From: a bacterium
GTDB lineage: Bacteria > UBA8248
Assembly (NCBI GenBank): GCA_965261085.1
Contig: OZ253442.1
Span: forward strand, 1,600,001-1,664,000
Direction: 5' to 3'
DNA length: 64,000 nucleotides
Shown: piece by piece, positions 8,728 to 19,195 of the stretch
How the letters are laid out: each line of letters opens with the position of its first letter
Numbering within the stretch: position 1 is the stretch's first letter
The notes under the pieces: generated by a model
Told to the model about the DNA's origin: nothing
Database searches by the model: none
The model's input: only the letters and a program-made list of their open reading frames with translations
Position numbers and translations under genes: made by a program

Positions 8728-11595
8728 ATGCAAAGAGCGTCCACGACGGAGCAGTTTTTTAATTCCGTGTTCGGCCAAGTATTGCGCGAAAAACACCCGC
8801 TTTGGAAAGAATCCATTGGTGTTGAGCAAACTCATGTCCTGCAAGGATCTGCGGGAAAACAGCCTGACCTGATACTTTCGCTTCCGGATACCTCTCCGGT
8901 GGCGATAGAGACGGAGTTCATGCCTGCCGCCACGGTTGAGGAGGACGCCGCTTCCCGCCTGGGTGAAAGTTTGGCGAGTGACGCTAGAACGATAGAAAAC
9001 GTCATTGCGCTTCGCATTCCGTCCGAACTGCGGACTGTAGATCAGGGTGGAATTGCAGACGCAATCAGGGAAGCGAATTTCACCTATTGTGTTCTTTCTG
9101 AAACAAAAATTGGGGACACTGAAAGATGGCCCGAGAAGGGCTGGCTGCAAGGAGGCATCGACGACGTGGCGAACTGCCTGGAATCGGTGAGCCTCTCCGA
9201 ATCCCTCATATCAAGAACTACGGACGTTCTTGAAGAGGGAGTTACCCAAGCAGCTAACATCTTGAAAACGGCGGATTTGAGCGTACACCAAAAAATCGCT
9301 GAGCATCTGCACCAGTCTTCAGGAGAGCAGACCAACCGCATGGCGGTCGCCATCATCGCCAACGCCGCCGTGTTTCATACGCGCATCGAGGGACGGCAGG
9401 GGATATCCCCGATTGGTGAATTGAGGGGCCCGACCGGGTTCATCAATATCGAAGTCATCGAATGTTGGCAGTGGATCATCGAAAACGTCAACTACTGGCC
9501 GATCTTCAAGATTGCGTCGGATTTACTGAGCAACATACCGACGGTGCAAGCGAATCGGGTGTTGAACCTGCTTTACAGGACGGCGTCCAAACTGGCGGAT
9601 ATGGGCGCTACGAGCCTGAACGATCTTTCCGGTCGCATGTTCCAGAAGCTCATAGCCGACAGGAAGTTCCTCGCAACTTTTTACACCCTGCCGGTGTCCG
9701 CCACCCTGCTTGCCGAGCTTGCCGCCTCAAGATTGCAAACAGACTGGCGAGACGCGGATGTGGTGAAGGACTTGAGAGTCGCTGATCTCGCTTGCGGAAC
9801 CGGAACCCTCATCGGCGCGCTCTACCACGCCATTTTGACCCGCCATCGCCGAATGGGGTGTGACGACGCGGCGATTCATTCCGCCATGATCGAGGAATCC
9901 CTTTACGCTTTCGACATCATGCCCGCCGCCACGCATCTTGCGGCATCCACATTGTCGAATGCTCACCCCGACATCGTCTTCGGGACCACCAGAATCGTTA
10001 CGATGCCCTACGGCTACGACAAGAACAAGCATCCGCACATCGGTTCGCTGGAACTCATTGACCACATCTACATAACGCCCCTTCTTAGCTTGGGCGAAAA
10101 GAGAATCGTTGGCCGTAGGAGCAAGAAGACGGATAAGAGACTCGGCGTTCCACCTTGGTTGTTTGATATCGTGATTATGAATCCACCCTTCACGCGCCCG
10201 ACCAACCACGAAACGGCGGAAGTTCCTGTTCCCTCCTTTGCCGGCTTCAACACTTCCGAAGATGAACAGAAAGCTATGAGTGCCCGGTTAAAACAAATAC
10301 GCAAAAGCCTCCCTCAACCCTTTGGGCACGGCAACGCCGGACTGGCGTCGAACTTCATCGATCTGGCGCACGTTAAGCTGAAACCGGGCGGCGTGCTGGC
10401 GTTGGTCTTGCCTGCGACCTTCGCCCAAGGCGAATCCTGGAGCAATGCGCGGAATATGTTGGCTGCTCGTTACCAGGACATTACTATCGCCTCCATCGCA
10501 AACGACGGGGCGACCAACCGGGCCTTTTCCGCTGATACCGGGATGGCGGAAGTGTTGGTTATCGCTACCAAGAAGATCGATGCGGACCGTAACCCCACAT
10601 TTCAGTTCGTCAATCTTAGGCGGCGTCCGGCGCATCACGTCGAGGCGGTCGAGTTGGCGAAGTTCGTCGCCGAACTGGATCGTCGACCGGGAGTCGGACG
10701 CATCGCCATCGGAAGTGAAGATAGTAACGGCAATTATATTAACGCCGAGCAATTCAGTTGTGGCTGTGCGGGCGTGGCGGAAGTTAATCTTGCCAGGTTC
10801 ATGCTGTCGCTTTCGGGTGGCGAGTTGTTGGCGATCAGAAGGAACGAAACAACGAAATTACCTGTTACGACGTTGAGTGAATTAGGGAATCGCGGCTTGC
10901 TTAGTCGCGACCTTGACGGACCGCCACCAAGGGGACCGTTCGACAAGGAATCGTTGCGACCGGGGCAAGTTCCAACCTACCCCACGCTTTGGAGCCACGA
11001 TGCGAGGCGTGAGCGGGCCTTTGTAGTTCATGTGGATTGCGAATTGCTGGCGCGAAGGGAATACGAAGAGCAAGCAGCCGACGTCTGGAAGCGCTTTGCG
11101 TCCCGCCTTCACCTGACAATTGATTTTCGGCTTAACTCGCAAAGTCTGGCGGCTTGTCTGACACCGGAAAAAGCCCTAGGCGGCAGGGCTTGGCCGAATT
11201 TCATCCTGGAGGAAGAGGGGCATGAGGGTGTTGTTATGCTGTGGCTGAACTCGACGCTTGGATTGATGAGTTATTGGTGGGGGGGAACCAGACAACAACT
11301 TGGCCGGGCAGTAGTGAAAATCACGGCTCTGCCATCGTTGTTGTCAATCGATCCTCGACAATTCGACAAGGCAATCCTCGCGAAAGCTGACATTTTGTTC
11401 GAGCGATTCCGCGACGTGGAGTTTCTACCCGCAAACGAGAGCTATCATGACCCCAACAGGAAGGCTCTCGATGAAACCTTGCTTGTCGAGTTGCTCGGTG
11501 TTCCAAAGGATATCGTGGACGACTTCGACGTCATACGACGGCAATGGTGCGCCGAGCCGAGCGTCCACGGTGGGAAAAGCACGAAGCCTTACTAA
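8728..11595 (+). CDS. Type IIG restriction-modification enzyme (fused nuclease, m6A MTase and TRD)
   Basis: N-terminal QPDL...AIETE nuclease-like motif, FYTLP, DLACGTG (motif I), IMNPPF (motif IV), LKPGGVLALVLP; 955 aa. Confidence 0.85.
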   Translation: MQRASTTEQFFNSVFGQVLREKHPLWKESIGVEQTHVLQGSAGKQPDLILSLPDTSPVAIETEFMPAATVEEDAASRLGESLASDARTIENVIALRIPSELRTVDQGGIADAIREANFTYCVLSETKIGDTERWPEKGWLQGGIDDVANCLESVSLSESLISRTTDVLEEGVTQAANILKTADLSVHQKIAEHLHQSSGEQTNRMAVAIIANAAVFHTRIEGRQGISPIGELRGPTGFINIEVIECWQWIIENVNYWPIFKIASDLLSNIPTVQANRVLNLLYRTASKLADMGATSLNDLSGRMFQKLIADRKFLATFYTLPVSATLLAELAASRLQTDWRDADVVKDLRVADLACGTGTLIGALYHAILTRHRRMGCDDAAIHSAMIEESLYAFDIMPAATHLAASTLSNAHPDIVFGTTRIVTMPYGYDKNKHPHIGSLELIDHIYITPLLSLGEKRIVGRRSKKTDKRLGVPPWLFDIVIMNPPFTRPTNHETAEVPVPSFAGFNTSEDEQKAMSARLKQIRKSLPQPFGHGNAGLASNFIDLAHVKLKPGGVLALVLPATFAQGESWSNARNMLAARYQDITIASIANDGATNRAFSADTGMAEVLVIATKKIDADRNPTFQFVNLRRRPAHHVEAVELAKFVAELDRRPGVGRIAIGSEDSNGNYINAEQFSCGCAGVAEVNLARFMLSLSGGELLAIRRNETTKLPVTTLSELGNRGLLSRDLDGPPPRGPFDKESLRPGQVPTYPTLWSHDARRERAFVVHVDCELLARREYEEQAADVWKRFASRLHLTIDFRLNSQSLAACLTPEKALGGRAWPNFILEEEGHEGVVMLWLNSTLGLMSYWWGGTRQQLGRAVVKITALPSLLSIDPRQFDKAILAKADILFERFRDVEFLPANESYHDPNRKALDETLLVELLGVPKDIVDDFDVIRRQWCAEPSVHGGKSTKPY

Positions 11596-11604
11596 AGGCA
11601 AACC

Positions 11605-11630
11605 ACGGGTGGCTCGCGAGCCGCCCCTAC
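11605..11630 (-). repeat. GTAG-type REP palindrome
   Basis: Minus strand reads GTAGGGGCGGCTCGCGAGCCACCCGT; related copy at 15738-15763. Confidence 0.5.
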
Positions 11631-11636
11631 GGAATA

Positions 11637-12187
11637 TCTCCCTCTTCGGTCGGGAGGCTGCTTCTCCACGCAGCCTCACCCAGCATTTCCCCGCAATTGC
11701 CGTACACCCTGATATCCCGTACTTCGCTATCGTGCGCGCAGCGCGGAGGAGCAATTTCTTGCTTCCCGGTTTGGTCAATTCCTCCCGCCTTGGTCGGCAA
11801 ACGCTCGCTCCTCACTTGCGTTTGACCCTCCATCATCAGTCGGGATTGACGCGCAAAGGATAAGAGGCTTCCTCATGGAATCAGGCGTTAGGGTGAGAAT
11901 GAAGACGGCAATTCCTCGCTCGGTTTTGATCATCGTGAACCGGGGTGGCGCGCTCATGGACTTAAACGTAACGAGGATAATAAAAATAATCCAATTTCCT
12001 GTAAATATCGATAAATTAACGATGTTTTTCGATAAATACCTGAAAAGTGGGCGCGAGGAAATAACGTGATAATTAGTTATATTTCAGCTATTTATGGCGT
12101 TATATTCAAGCAGAAAACAAACATTTTATCGAATTAAAAAAAATTCTTCGTCCCCCGCATTTACCCGCACCTGCCCGCATTTGCGCA
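11637..12187 (+). repeat. ~550-bp dispersed repeat, copy A (inverted relative to 15008-15510)
   Basis: Long near-identical blocks shared with the reverse complement of 15008-15510, e.g. TCTCCCTCTTCGGTCGGGAGGCTGCTTCTCCACGCAGCCTCACCC and GAAAAGTGGGCGCGAGGAAATAACGTGATAATTAGTTATATTTCAGC. Confidence 0.9.
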
Positions 12188-12195
12188 AGTGGGAA

Positions 12196-13257
12196 TCATT
12201 GAGCGCCGCCGAGACAGGGAGATATCTCCCGGATAAAGCGATCGGCCACGGCGCGCCAGCAGTAAGACGCCGCACGCTCGATTCCGCGGCGGCCCAATTC
12301 ACCACGCAAGGCTTTGTTCCTCAGTAGATTGATGAGCGCATCGGCTAAAGATTCATCACTATCCAGCGGCAGCAGAATACCTGCATCACCCACTATCTCA
12401 GGCGCCGCCGCCACTTCGAGCGCCACCACGGGAAGGCCCACCGCCATCGCTTCCAAGAACGCGATGCCGAAGCCCTCCTGAAGCGAGGGCAGGCAGAAAA
12501 CATCCGCCCCCGCGTATTCATGGCGCACAGCTTCATCCTCGGGTACCTCGCCCAGGAGTGTCACGGCGTTCTCGATACCTAGGCTGCTCACCTGTTTTTC
12601 AAGGTTCTTCAAAGACGGTCCGCCCCCCACGATGCGCAACTTCGCATCGGGCACGGCCGCGAGCACCCTCGGCAAGGCCTGGATGAGGCTTTTGGTGTTC
12701 TTTCTGGGATATTGCCGCGCCACCGATAAAATGATTCGCCCCGATGGGTTCCTCATTTCGCGCACATGCTTCCAATCGGCAGAATGAATTCCGTTTCCCA
12801 CGACGCCGACTTTCTCGGCTGACAACCCATATGCCTCGCAGGCCACGCCCCGGCTGTATTCGCTGGTGACGATGACCCTGTCGGCGCGTTGCGCGTTGGC
12901 GCGCTCGAGATGGGAGAGCGCGCGTAGATACTGACGCGGCGCACCGCGTTCGAATCGCATTTCATCGGCCGATATCCCGTGCAGATACACGATGAAGGGG
13001 ACATTGATGTTCAAATCGAAACCGTCGATGTCGAAACCCACGATGAAGTCGAAATCATCGGGTGATATTCGATCCTTCAACTCCAGATTGTACAGGAGCC
13101 TTTGCAGTAGAAGGCTCGCTGCCCGCTCGTTCGGGCCGATGATCTCCACCATATGCCCGTTTGCTTCCAGCCCGCCCGCCAGGCCCATGATGGCAGCCGC
13201 CGTCCCTGAGCCTTTCGCTATATCGAGGGTCCAGGAGTTCAAAAAAGCGATTCGCAA
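12196..13257 (-). CDS. Glycosyltransferase family 4 (GT-B)
   Basis: VARQYPRKN, DVFCLPSLQEGFGIAFLEAMAVGLPVV. Confidence 0.93.
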   Translation of the reverse strand: MRIAFLNSWTLDIAKGSGTAAAIMGLAGGLEANGHMVEIIGPNERAASLLLQRLLYNLELKDRISPDDFDFIVGFDIDGFDLNINVPFIVYLHGISADEMRFERGAPRQYLRALSHLERANAQRADRVIVTSEYSRGVACEAYGLSAEKVGVVGNGIHSADWKHVREMRNPSGRIILSVARQYPRKNTKSLIQALPRVLAAVPDAKLRIVGGGPSLKNLEKQVSSLGIENAVTLLGEVPEDEAVRHEYAGADVFCLPSLQEGFGIAFLEAMAVGLPVVALEVAAAPEIVGDAGILLPLDSDESLADALINLLRNKALRGELGRRGIERAASYCWRAVADRFIREISPCLGGAQ

Positions 13258-13271
13258 ACCTCCCCTCCCCT

Positions 13272-13305
13272 CAAAATAAAAGAGGGCGTAATTTCACGCC
13301 CTCTT
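13272..13305 (-). terminator. Intrinsic terminator after phhB
   Basis: AGAGGGCGT/ACGCCCTCT stem followed by a T-rich tail on the minus strand. Confidence 0.6.
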
Positions 13306-13334
13306 CGTGGGTCCTCACAATAAGGATGCTCTCC

Positions 13335-13667
13335 TTATAAGGCCTGATCCGATTTGGCCGCGAAGACGAAATCGCTCTCAGTCAATCCGTCTATCTTGTG
13401 CGTCCACACCGTGACCTTCACCTTCCCCCACGCCAGATAGATATCGGGGTGATGGCCCTGCTCCTCGGCCATCTCACCCACGCGGTTCGTGAAATCAAGC
13501 GCCGTCTGAAAATCGGGAAAGCTGTATTCTTTTTCCAGATGGTGCTCATCCACCACGCGCCAATCACCACCCAACTGTTCTTGCAAGGCGGAGAGAGCCT
13601 CTCCCTGAAGCGGGGGCACGCCACCTTTGCACGGCACACACTCTTTGGCCGCAAGCTCGATGCTCAT
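13335..13667 (-). CDS. phhB: 4a-hydroxytetrahydrobiopterin (pterin-4a-carbinolamine) dehydratase
   Basis: CVPC, AEEQGHHPDI, WTHKIDGLTESDF signatures. Confidence 0.92.
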   Translation of the reverse strand: MSIELAAKECVPCKGGVPPLQGEALSALQEQLGGDWRVVDEHHLEKEYSFPDFQTALDFTNRVGEMAEEQGHHPDIYLAWGKVKVTVWTHKIDGLTESDFVFAAKSDQAL

Positions 13668-13767
13668 GGTTTTTTTGCTCCTCTATATTAATGATGAAAT
13701 AACCTGTTGACTCGCCTCGAAAGAACGCTTCATCATCGCGTCTTTCACAAAAAGCCGCAAGACCGTG

Positions 13768-14970
13768 TCATGCGCTCTTGAGTGTGGGCATCACGTCCTG
13801 TGCGAACTTTTCCATGCTGGAGGCAGCTTTCTCCACGCTCAAATTTCCGAAATGAAAGTAAATCACCATACCGCCGAAGCCCATTTGTTCTTTTTGCGTT
13901 ATCAGTTCATCACGCACTTCATCGGCGGTCCCTATGGCCGCCATGCCGTCATTCATGAGTTGCGCAGGGGTTCTCGCTTCCTCCCCGAGCAATCCCAAGG
14001 GTTTCCCCCGCGCAACTTCGGTTTCAGGGTTTGAAGGTTTGGGAGCAGGCAAACTGCCCGGAAAACGGCGTTTGAGTTCCGCCAGAATCTCCGGCTGCGC
14101 GCCGTAGAGATTTCGCCAGTAATACGAGAGCGCAGGCCCCGCCTCATCAAATGCCTGGGAGCGCGAATCCGCCACGTAAACCTGATGTTCGAGCCATACG
14201 TGCTCCGCTCCCGCCTCCCAGCCATGAGCGCGGCAGCGCTCGCGGTAATATGCCGCTTTTTTGAGCAAATCGTTGAAGGGCCTGTGGCTCAGCACCACGG
14301 GTGTTCTCATCCTGGCGCCCCAGTCGAGCGAGGCCTCGGAATCCGCCGGAAAGAGGATCGGTGGATGAGGCTGCTGCCAGGGCCGCGTCCAGAGCTGGCA
14401 GCGCGGGTAGTGGAAATACTCTCCCTCCCAATCAAAGGGATCAGGCTCGCTCCAGGCCTTGAGAATGAATTCCCACGCCTCCTGAAAACGCCCGCGGCTC
14501 TCGGCCGGATCCACGTTGTAGGCCAGATATTCCCTGTGCGCGCCGCGCAGGAAACCGGCTACGATGCGTCCGCCGCTCAGCACGTCGAGCGCCGCAATCT
14601 CCTCCGCCACGCGCAGCGGCTGGGGATAGAGCGGCAGGCAATAGCCGAGTATCGCGATTTTGGCCCGCCTCGTCCTCGCGGCGATGTGGCCCGCATAGAC
14701 GCCCGGCGTGGGCATCGAGCCGAAGTGCGTGCCGTGGTGCTCATTGAGGCCGATGCCGTCGAGCCCCGCCGCCTCCACGCGTTCCCAGAAGCGAAAATGC
14801 GCTTCCCAGAGCGCGTGGGCCTTCTCGGCGTCGAACTCCGACGCATCGTGCGGATAGCGCGTCTTGCCCTTCAGATACGGCCAGGGAATGGTGTCGAACG
14901 AATAGATTTCCAGGAAACCGCCTCCTCGCCGAATGCAATGCCCGTTCACCTTCTTGTAACACCCTTTCAC
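13768..14970 (-). CDS. LLM class flavin-dependent oxidoreductase (start uncertain)
   Basis: NEHHGT, PLRVAEEIAALDVLSGGR, PWQQPHPP. Confidence 0.88.
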   Translation of the reverse strand: MKGCYKKVNGHCIRRGGGFLEIYSFDTIPWPYLKGKTRYPHDASEFDAEKAHALWEAHFRFWERVEAAGLDGIGLNEHHGTHFGSMPTPGVYAGHIAARTRRAKIAILGYCLPLYPQPLRVAEEIAALDVLSGGRIVAGFLRGAHREYLAYNVDPAESRGRFQEAWEFILKAWSEPDPFDWEGEYFHYPRCQLWTRPWQQPHPPILFPADSEASLDWGARMRTPVVLSHRPFNDLLKKAAYYRERCRAHGWEAGAEHVWLEHQVYVADSRSQAFDEAGPALSYYWRNLYGAQPEILAELKRRFPGSLPAPKPSNPETEVARGKPLGLLGEEARTPAQLMNDGMAAIGTADEVRDELITQKEQMGFGGMVIYFHFGNLSVEKAASSMEKFAQDVMPTLKSA

Positions 14971-15007
14971 GCCGCTGCAAACGGAGGCGGGCCTTACGTC
15001 AAGCGCG

Positions 15008-15510
15008 TGCGCAAATGCGGGCAGGTGCGGGGAAATGCGGGGGTCGAAGAATTTTTTTTAATTCGATAAATTTCGATAAAATGTTTGTTTTCTGCTTGAA
15101 TATAACGCCATAAATAGCTGAAATATAACTAATTATCACGTTATTTCCTCGCGCCCACTTTTCAGGTATTTATCGAAAAACCTCGTGAATTTATCGATAT
15201 TTTCAGGAAATTGGATTATTTTTATTTTCCTCGTCACTCCTGAGACCATGAGCGCGCCTCCCCGGTTCACGGTGAGCAAAACCGAGCGAGAAATTGCCGT
15301 CATTACTCTTGTCCCATCGCCTGATTCCATGAACACGCCTCCTTTCCCACAGTAAATTCCGACACGCCCAGAAGGTGGGGCGATAACGGGAATTGTTTTC
15401 CCGCGTCGCGCGCACGATAGCGAAGTACGGGGTTTCAGGGAGTACGGCAAATGCGGGGAAGTGCGGGGTGAGGCTGCGTGGAGAAGCAGCCTCCCGACCG
15501 AAGAGGGAGA
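15008..15510 (-). repeat. ~500-bp dispersed repeat, copy B
   Basis: Reverse complement of 11637-12187 apart from a diverged internal segment. Confidence 0.9.
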
Positions 15511-15616
15511 GTGCGAGATCATCCACCGGTGAGGCTGGCATTTTAGGCGAAGGGGGAGGGAGTGTTTGCGCTTCTCCTCCTCGGGAGGCCCGACGGAAAG
15601 ACGAAAGAGGAAAAAT

Positions 15617-15731
15617 ACTCCCCCCTTGAGGGTCAAGCCCGATTGAAGAATGAGGGATTGTCAGCAAGACAAGGGCGAAGCCCGCAGTCGCGCTGGTGGG
15701 GGGTCAATCGTGACCGATGAGAGAGGGTTTC
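15617..15731 (+). repeat. Left half of the ACTCCCCCCTTGAGGG palindromic repeat family, with two empty 27-bp IS target motifs
   Basis: Similar to 48201-48320; 27-mers at 15634-15660 and 15705-15731. Confidence 0.7.
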
Positions 15732-15865
15732 GTTTTTGTAGGGGCGGACCTGCGTGTCCGCCCGCGCGGTTCGCCGGTCGAGAAAGCCCGCTATTTGATC
15801 CTCACGCAAAAAGCCGATGCCGCTCCGCCCTTGCGCATCCCCGCCCAATCGGCGAAAAGATAGCC

Positions 15866-18800
15866 ATGAGCGCAACGAACCGGAACTTGACGGCGGCAGT
15901 GGAGGGCTACTTCTCCGATCTCGCGCGCACGCGCGCATCAGGCGGGGCGACGGGAGAACTTTCATACCATACCCCGCTTGCGAACCTGCTGAACGCCGTC
16001 GGAGGCGCGCTCAAGCCCAAGGCGTTCTGCGTCCCCGAGCTTGCGGATCAGGGTGATGGTCGACCCGATTTCGGCCTATTTGCAGCGAGGCAGATACAAA
16101 AGAGCAAGCCGCGCGAGGGCCAGACGCCAGAGCGCGGCGTGGTGGAGGTGAAGTCCGCAGAAGACGACGCCTGGCTCACGGCGGAGGGTGAGCAGGTGAG
16201 CCGCTACTGGAACCGCTACCGGCTCGTACTGGTCACGAACACGCGTGATTTCGCCCTCGTGGGAGAGCGGGCGGGCCGACCGATCATGCTGGAGAGATTC
16301 AGGCTCGCCGAAAGTATGGAGGATTTCGAGCGGCGTCTGGAAAGACCCCGCGTCTTCGCCCGCAGCATGGGAGCCGGACTGGCCGAATACTTGACCCGCG
16401 CGCTATCGCATCAGGCGGCCATCGCGGAACCCAAGGATTTGGCGTGGCTTTTGGCGTCCTATGCGCGCGACGGCCTCTCACGCGTCGAGCGCATCGACGC
16501 AAGCGGCGACGCGCTGGCGGCGTTGCGAGGCGCTTTGGAAGAAGGCCTCGGCGTGCGCTTCGAGGGCGAGCGGGGACTTAGCTTTTTCCATTCGACGCTG
16601 GTGCAGACGCTCTTCTACGGCGTGTTTTCCGCATGGGTGCTCTGGGCGAGACAATTGCCGTCGCCTGCTGGCCCGTTCAACTGGCATGAGGCCGTCTGGC
16701 ATCTGCGCGCGCCGGTGATGCGTAGTCTCTTCCAGCAGATTTCTGACCCTGGCCGCCTTCGCTCCCTGAATCTGGTCGAGGTGCTGGACTGGACGGCCGC
16801 CGCGCTGGATCGCGTGGATAGAGAAGCCTTCTTCGCCCGCTTCGCCGAGGGCGAGGCGGTGCCTTATTTCTACGAACCCTTCCTCGAAGCGTTCGACCCC
16901 GCCTTGAGAAAACAACTCGGCGTCTGGTACACGCCGAACGAAGTCGTGCGCTATATGGTCGCCCGCGTGGACAAGGCGCTAAAAGACGACCTCGGCATCG
17001 CGGACGGCCTGGCGGCGGATAACGTCTATGTCTTGGACCCCTGCTGCGGCACGGGGGCCTACTTGGCCGAAGTGCTGAAGCGCATCGCCCAGAATCTTGA
17101 GACCCAGGGCGTGGGCGCGCTCGCGGGCGCGCGGGTAAAGGAAGCGGCGCTCAATCGTGTGTTCGGCTTCGAGATCATGCCCGCTCCTTTCGTCGTTTCG
17201 AATTTACAGGTCGACCTCACAATGCGGGAACTCGGCGCGCCGCTTGCGGAGGAGGAGCGGGCGGGCGTTTTTCTCACCAACGCGCTCACGGGCTGGGAAC
17301 CCAAAGCGAACAAGCCGCTCCCATTTCCCGAGCTGGAAGAAGAGCGCGACCGCGCGGAGAGGGTGAAGCAGGAAACACCGGTTCTCGTGATTCTCGGCAA
17401 CCCGCCCTACAACGGCTTGTCCGGCTTCGACATGGATGAGGAACAGGAACTCATGGTCGCCTACCGAAAGACAAAGCGCGTCCGAAAGCCAGCAGGCAAA
17501 GGACTGAACGACCTCTACTTGCGTTTTTTCCGCATGGCGGAGCGGCGCATCGTTGAGAAGACGGGCCGGGGTGTGGTGTGCTTCATCTCTAACTACTCAT
17601 GGCTCGATGGGTTGACGTCTGCGGGGATGCGGGAGCACTACCTACATGCGTTCGACGCAATCCGCATCGACTGCCTGAACGGGGATATTCGTAGTGGCGG
17701 AAAGACGCCTGATGGAGAGCCAGACGGAAGTGTTTTTACGACGGACAGCGCGGTGGGCATCAAAGTCGGCACTGCAGTCGCGACGCTGGTACGCAAAGAA
17801 GATCACGCTCCAACAGAACGGATCGACTTTCGCCATCTGTGGGGAGGGGCAAAGTTCAAGCGAGAGAAACTTCTGGCGACAGCGGAAGCCAAGCCTGGCA
17901 CGCTCTATAAAAGTGTTGAGCCTGTACTTCCCCTCGGCCTTCCTTTTGTGCCAGTGAGGGTAAGCGAGGACTGGTTCGACTGGCCCGCCCTGCCCGATCT
18001 GTTTTCTACTTCGTTTCCAGGAGTCGTAACCAATCGCGACCCTTTTCTCGTGGATATCGATCTTGACCGGCTTCAAGCGCGTATCGCCGACTATTTCAAC
18101 CCAAGTTTGAGCCACGAGGAGATCGCCCGTCGCTATCCAATCATTATGAATACAGCGCGACATTTTGATGCTCACTCAACGCGCGATGCGTTACTTAAAC
18201 GCGGCGGACCGAACGAGAGCGGCTTCATCCGCTACTCCTACCGTCCCTTCGACAATCGCTGGCTCTATTGGGAAGCCATCGGAACGCTACTTCATCGCCC
18301 GCGTGCAGACTACATGCTCCACCTGTTTGAGGGAAATATGTGGCTATCCGCAGCACCTCACCTGAGGAAAGATGTGACGGAACCACAAGCCTGTTTCGCC
18401 CAACATGCCGCTTCGCTGCACTTGATTGAACGCGGGACGGACATGTTCCCAGCTTGGCTCCGCGATGAGGACGATAAGGTCAAAAAAGAAAAGCGTCGCC
18501 CTAACCTCTCCGAAGCGGCGCAAGGCTACTTGAAACGCATCGGCGCAAACGTGGAGGATTTGTTCCACCATGTTCTCGCCACGCTGCACGACCCCGCCTA
18601 CCGGGCGGCCAACGCGGGCGCGCTCAGAATGGAATGGCCGCGCATTCCCCTTCCGGGCAGGGCGAAAGACGCTGCGGAAATTTTAGCCGAATCCGCCGCG
18701 CGTGGCCGCGAACTCGCCCGCCTGCTGGATACGGACGCGCCCGTTCCAGGCGTAACGCAGGCTCCTTTGAGATCAGAGATGGCCGCCATCGCCGTTCCCG

Positions 18801-19195
18801 CCACGGCGAGGGGAGGCCAGATGATGAGCGATGATTTCGCCGTAACGGCGGGCTGGGGGCATTACGGAGCGGGCGAGGCCGTGATGCCGGGTTCTGGCCG
18901 CGCCGTCGAGCGGGCCTATACGGAAGAGGAACGCGCCGCCCTGGGCGATGCTCGGTCTGTGCTCGGCGAGACGGCTTTCGATGTTTATCTAAACGATCGC
19001 GCCTTGTGGCGATGCGTCCCCGCCGCCGTCTGGCGGTATAAGCTAGGCGGCTATCAGGTCTTGAAGAAGTGGCTCTCCTACCGCGAACAGGCCATCCTCA
19101 AACGCTCCTTGAAGCCTGAGGAAGTCCAGCACTTCACCGACACGGCGAGACGCATCGCGGGGATTTTGATGCTGACGAAAGGGACGCATCCGTAA
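15866..19195 (+). CDS. Fused restriction-modification enzyme, Type ISP/IIL-like (nuclease, N6-MTase, LlaBIII-like C-terminal specificity region; no helicase)
   Basis: RPDFG...VEVK, GVWYTP, LDPCCGTG, GNPPY, YRPFDNRWLY, GGYQVLKKWL; start chosen at ATG 15866. Confidence 0.85.
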   Translation: MSATNRNLTAAVEGYFSDLARTRASGGATGELSYHTPLANLLNAVGGALKPKAFCVPELADQGDGRPDFGLFAARQIQKSKPREGQTPERGVVEVKSAEDDAWLTAEGEQVSRYWNRYRLVLVTNTRDFALVGERAGRPIMLERFRLAESMEDFERRLERPRVFARSMGAGLAEYLTRALSHQAAIAEPKDLAWLLASYARDGLSRVERIDASGDALAALRGALEEGLGVRFEGERGLSFFHSTLVQTLFYGVFSAWVLWARQLPSPAGPFNWHEAVWHLRAPVMRSLFQQISDPGRLRSLNLVEVLDWTAAALDRVDREAFFARFAEGEAVPYFYEPFLEAFDPALRKQLGVWYTPNEVVRYMVARVDKALKDDLGIADGLAADNVYVLDPCCGTGAYLAEVLKRIAQNLETQGVGALAGARVKEAALNRVFGFEIMPAPFVVSNLQVDLTMRELGAPLAEEERAGVFLTNALTGWEPKANKPLPFPELEEERDRAERVKQETPVLVILGNPPYNGLSGFDMDEEQELMVAYRKTKRVRKPAGKGLNDLYLRFFRMAERRIVEKTGRGVVCFISNYSWLDGLTSAGMREHYLHAFDAIRIDCLNGDIRSGGKTPDGEPDGSVFTTDSAVGIKVGTAVATLVRKEDHAPTERIDFRHLWGGAKFKREKLLATAEAKPGTLYKSVEPVLPLGLPFVPVRVSEDWFDWPALPDLFSTSFPGVVTNRDPFLVDIDLDRLQARIADYFNPSLSHEEIARRYPIIMNTARHFDAHSTRDALLKRGGPNESGFIRYSYRPFDNRWLYWEAIGTLLHRPRADYMLHLFEGNMWLSAAPHLRKDVTEPQACFAQHAASLHLIERGTDMFPAWLRDEDDKVKKEKRRPNLSEAAQGYLKRIGANVEDLFHHVLATLHDPAYRAANAGALRMEWPRIPLPGRAKDAAEILAESAARGRELARLLDTDAPVPGVTQAPLRSEMAAIAVPATARGGQMMSDDFAVTAGWGHYGAGEAVMPGSGRAVERAYTEEERAALGDARSVLGETAFDVYLNDRALWRCVPAAVWRYKLGGYQVLKKWLSYREQAILKRSLKPEEVQHFTDTARRIAGILMLTKGTHP

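Noticed and set aside
15650-15865. N-terminal extension of the 1181-aa R-M ORF
   Set aside because: It runs through repeat and REP DNA; ATG 15866 is the more plausible start
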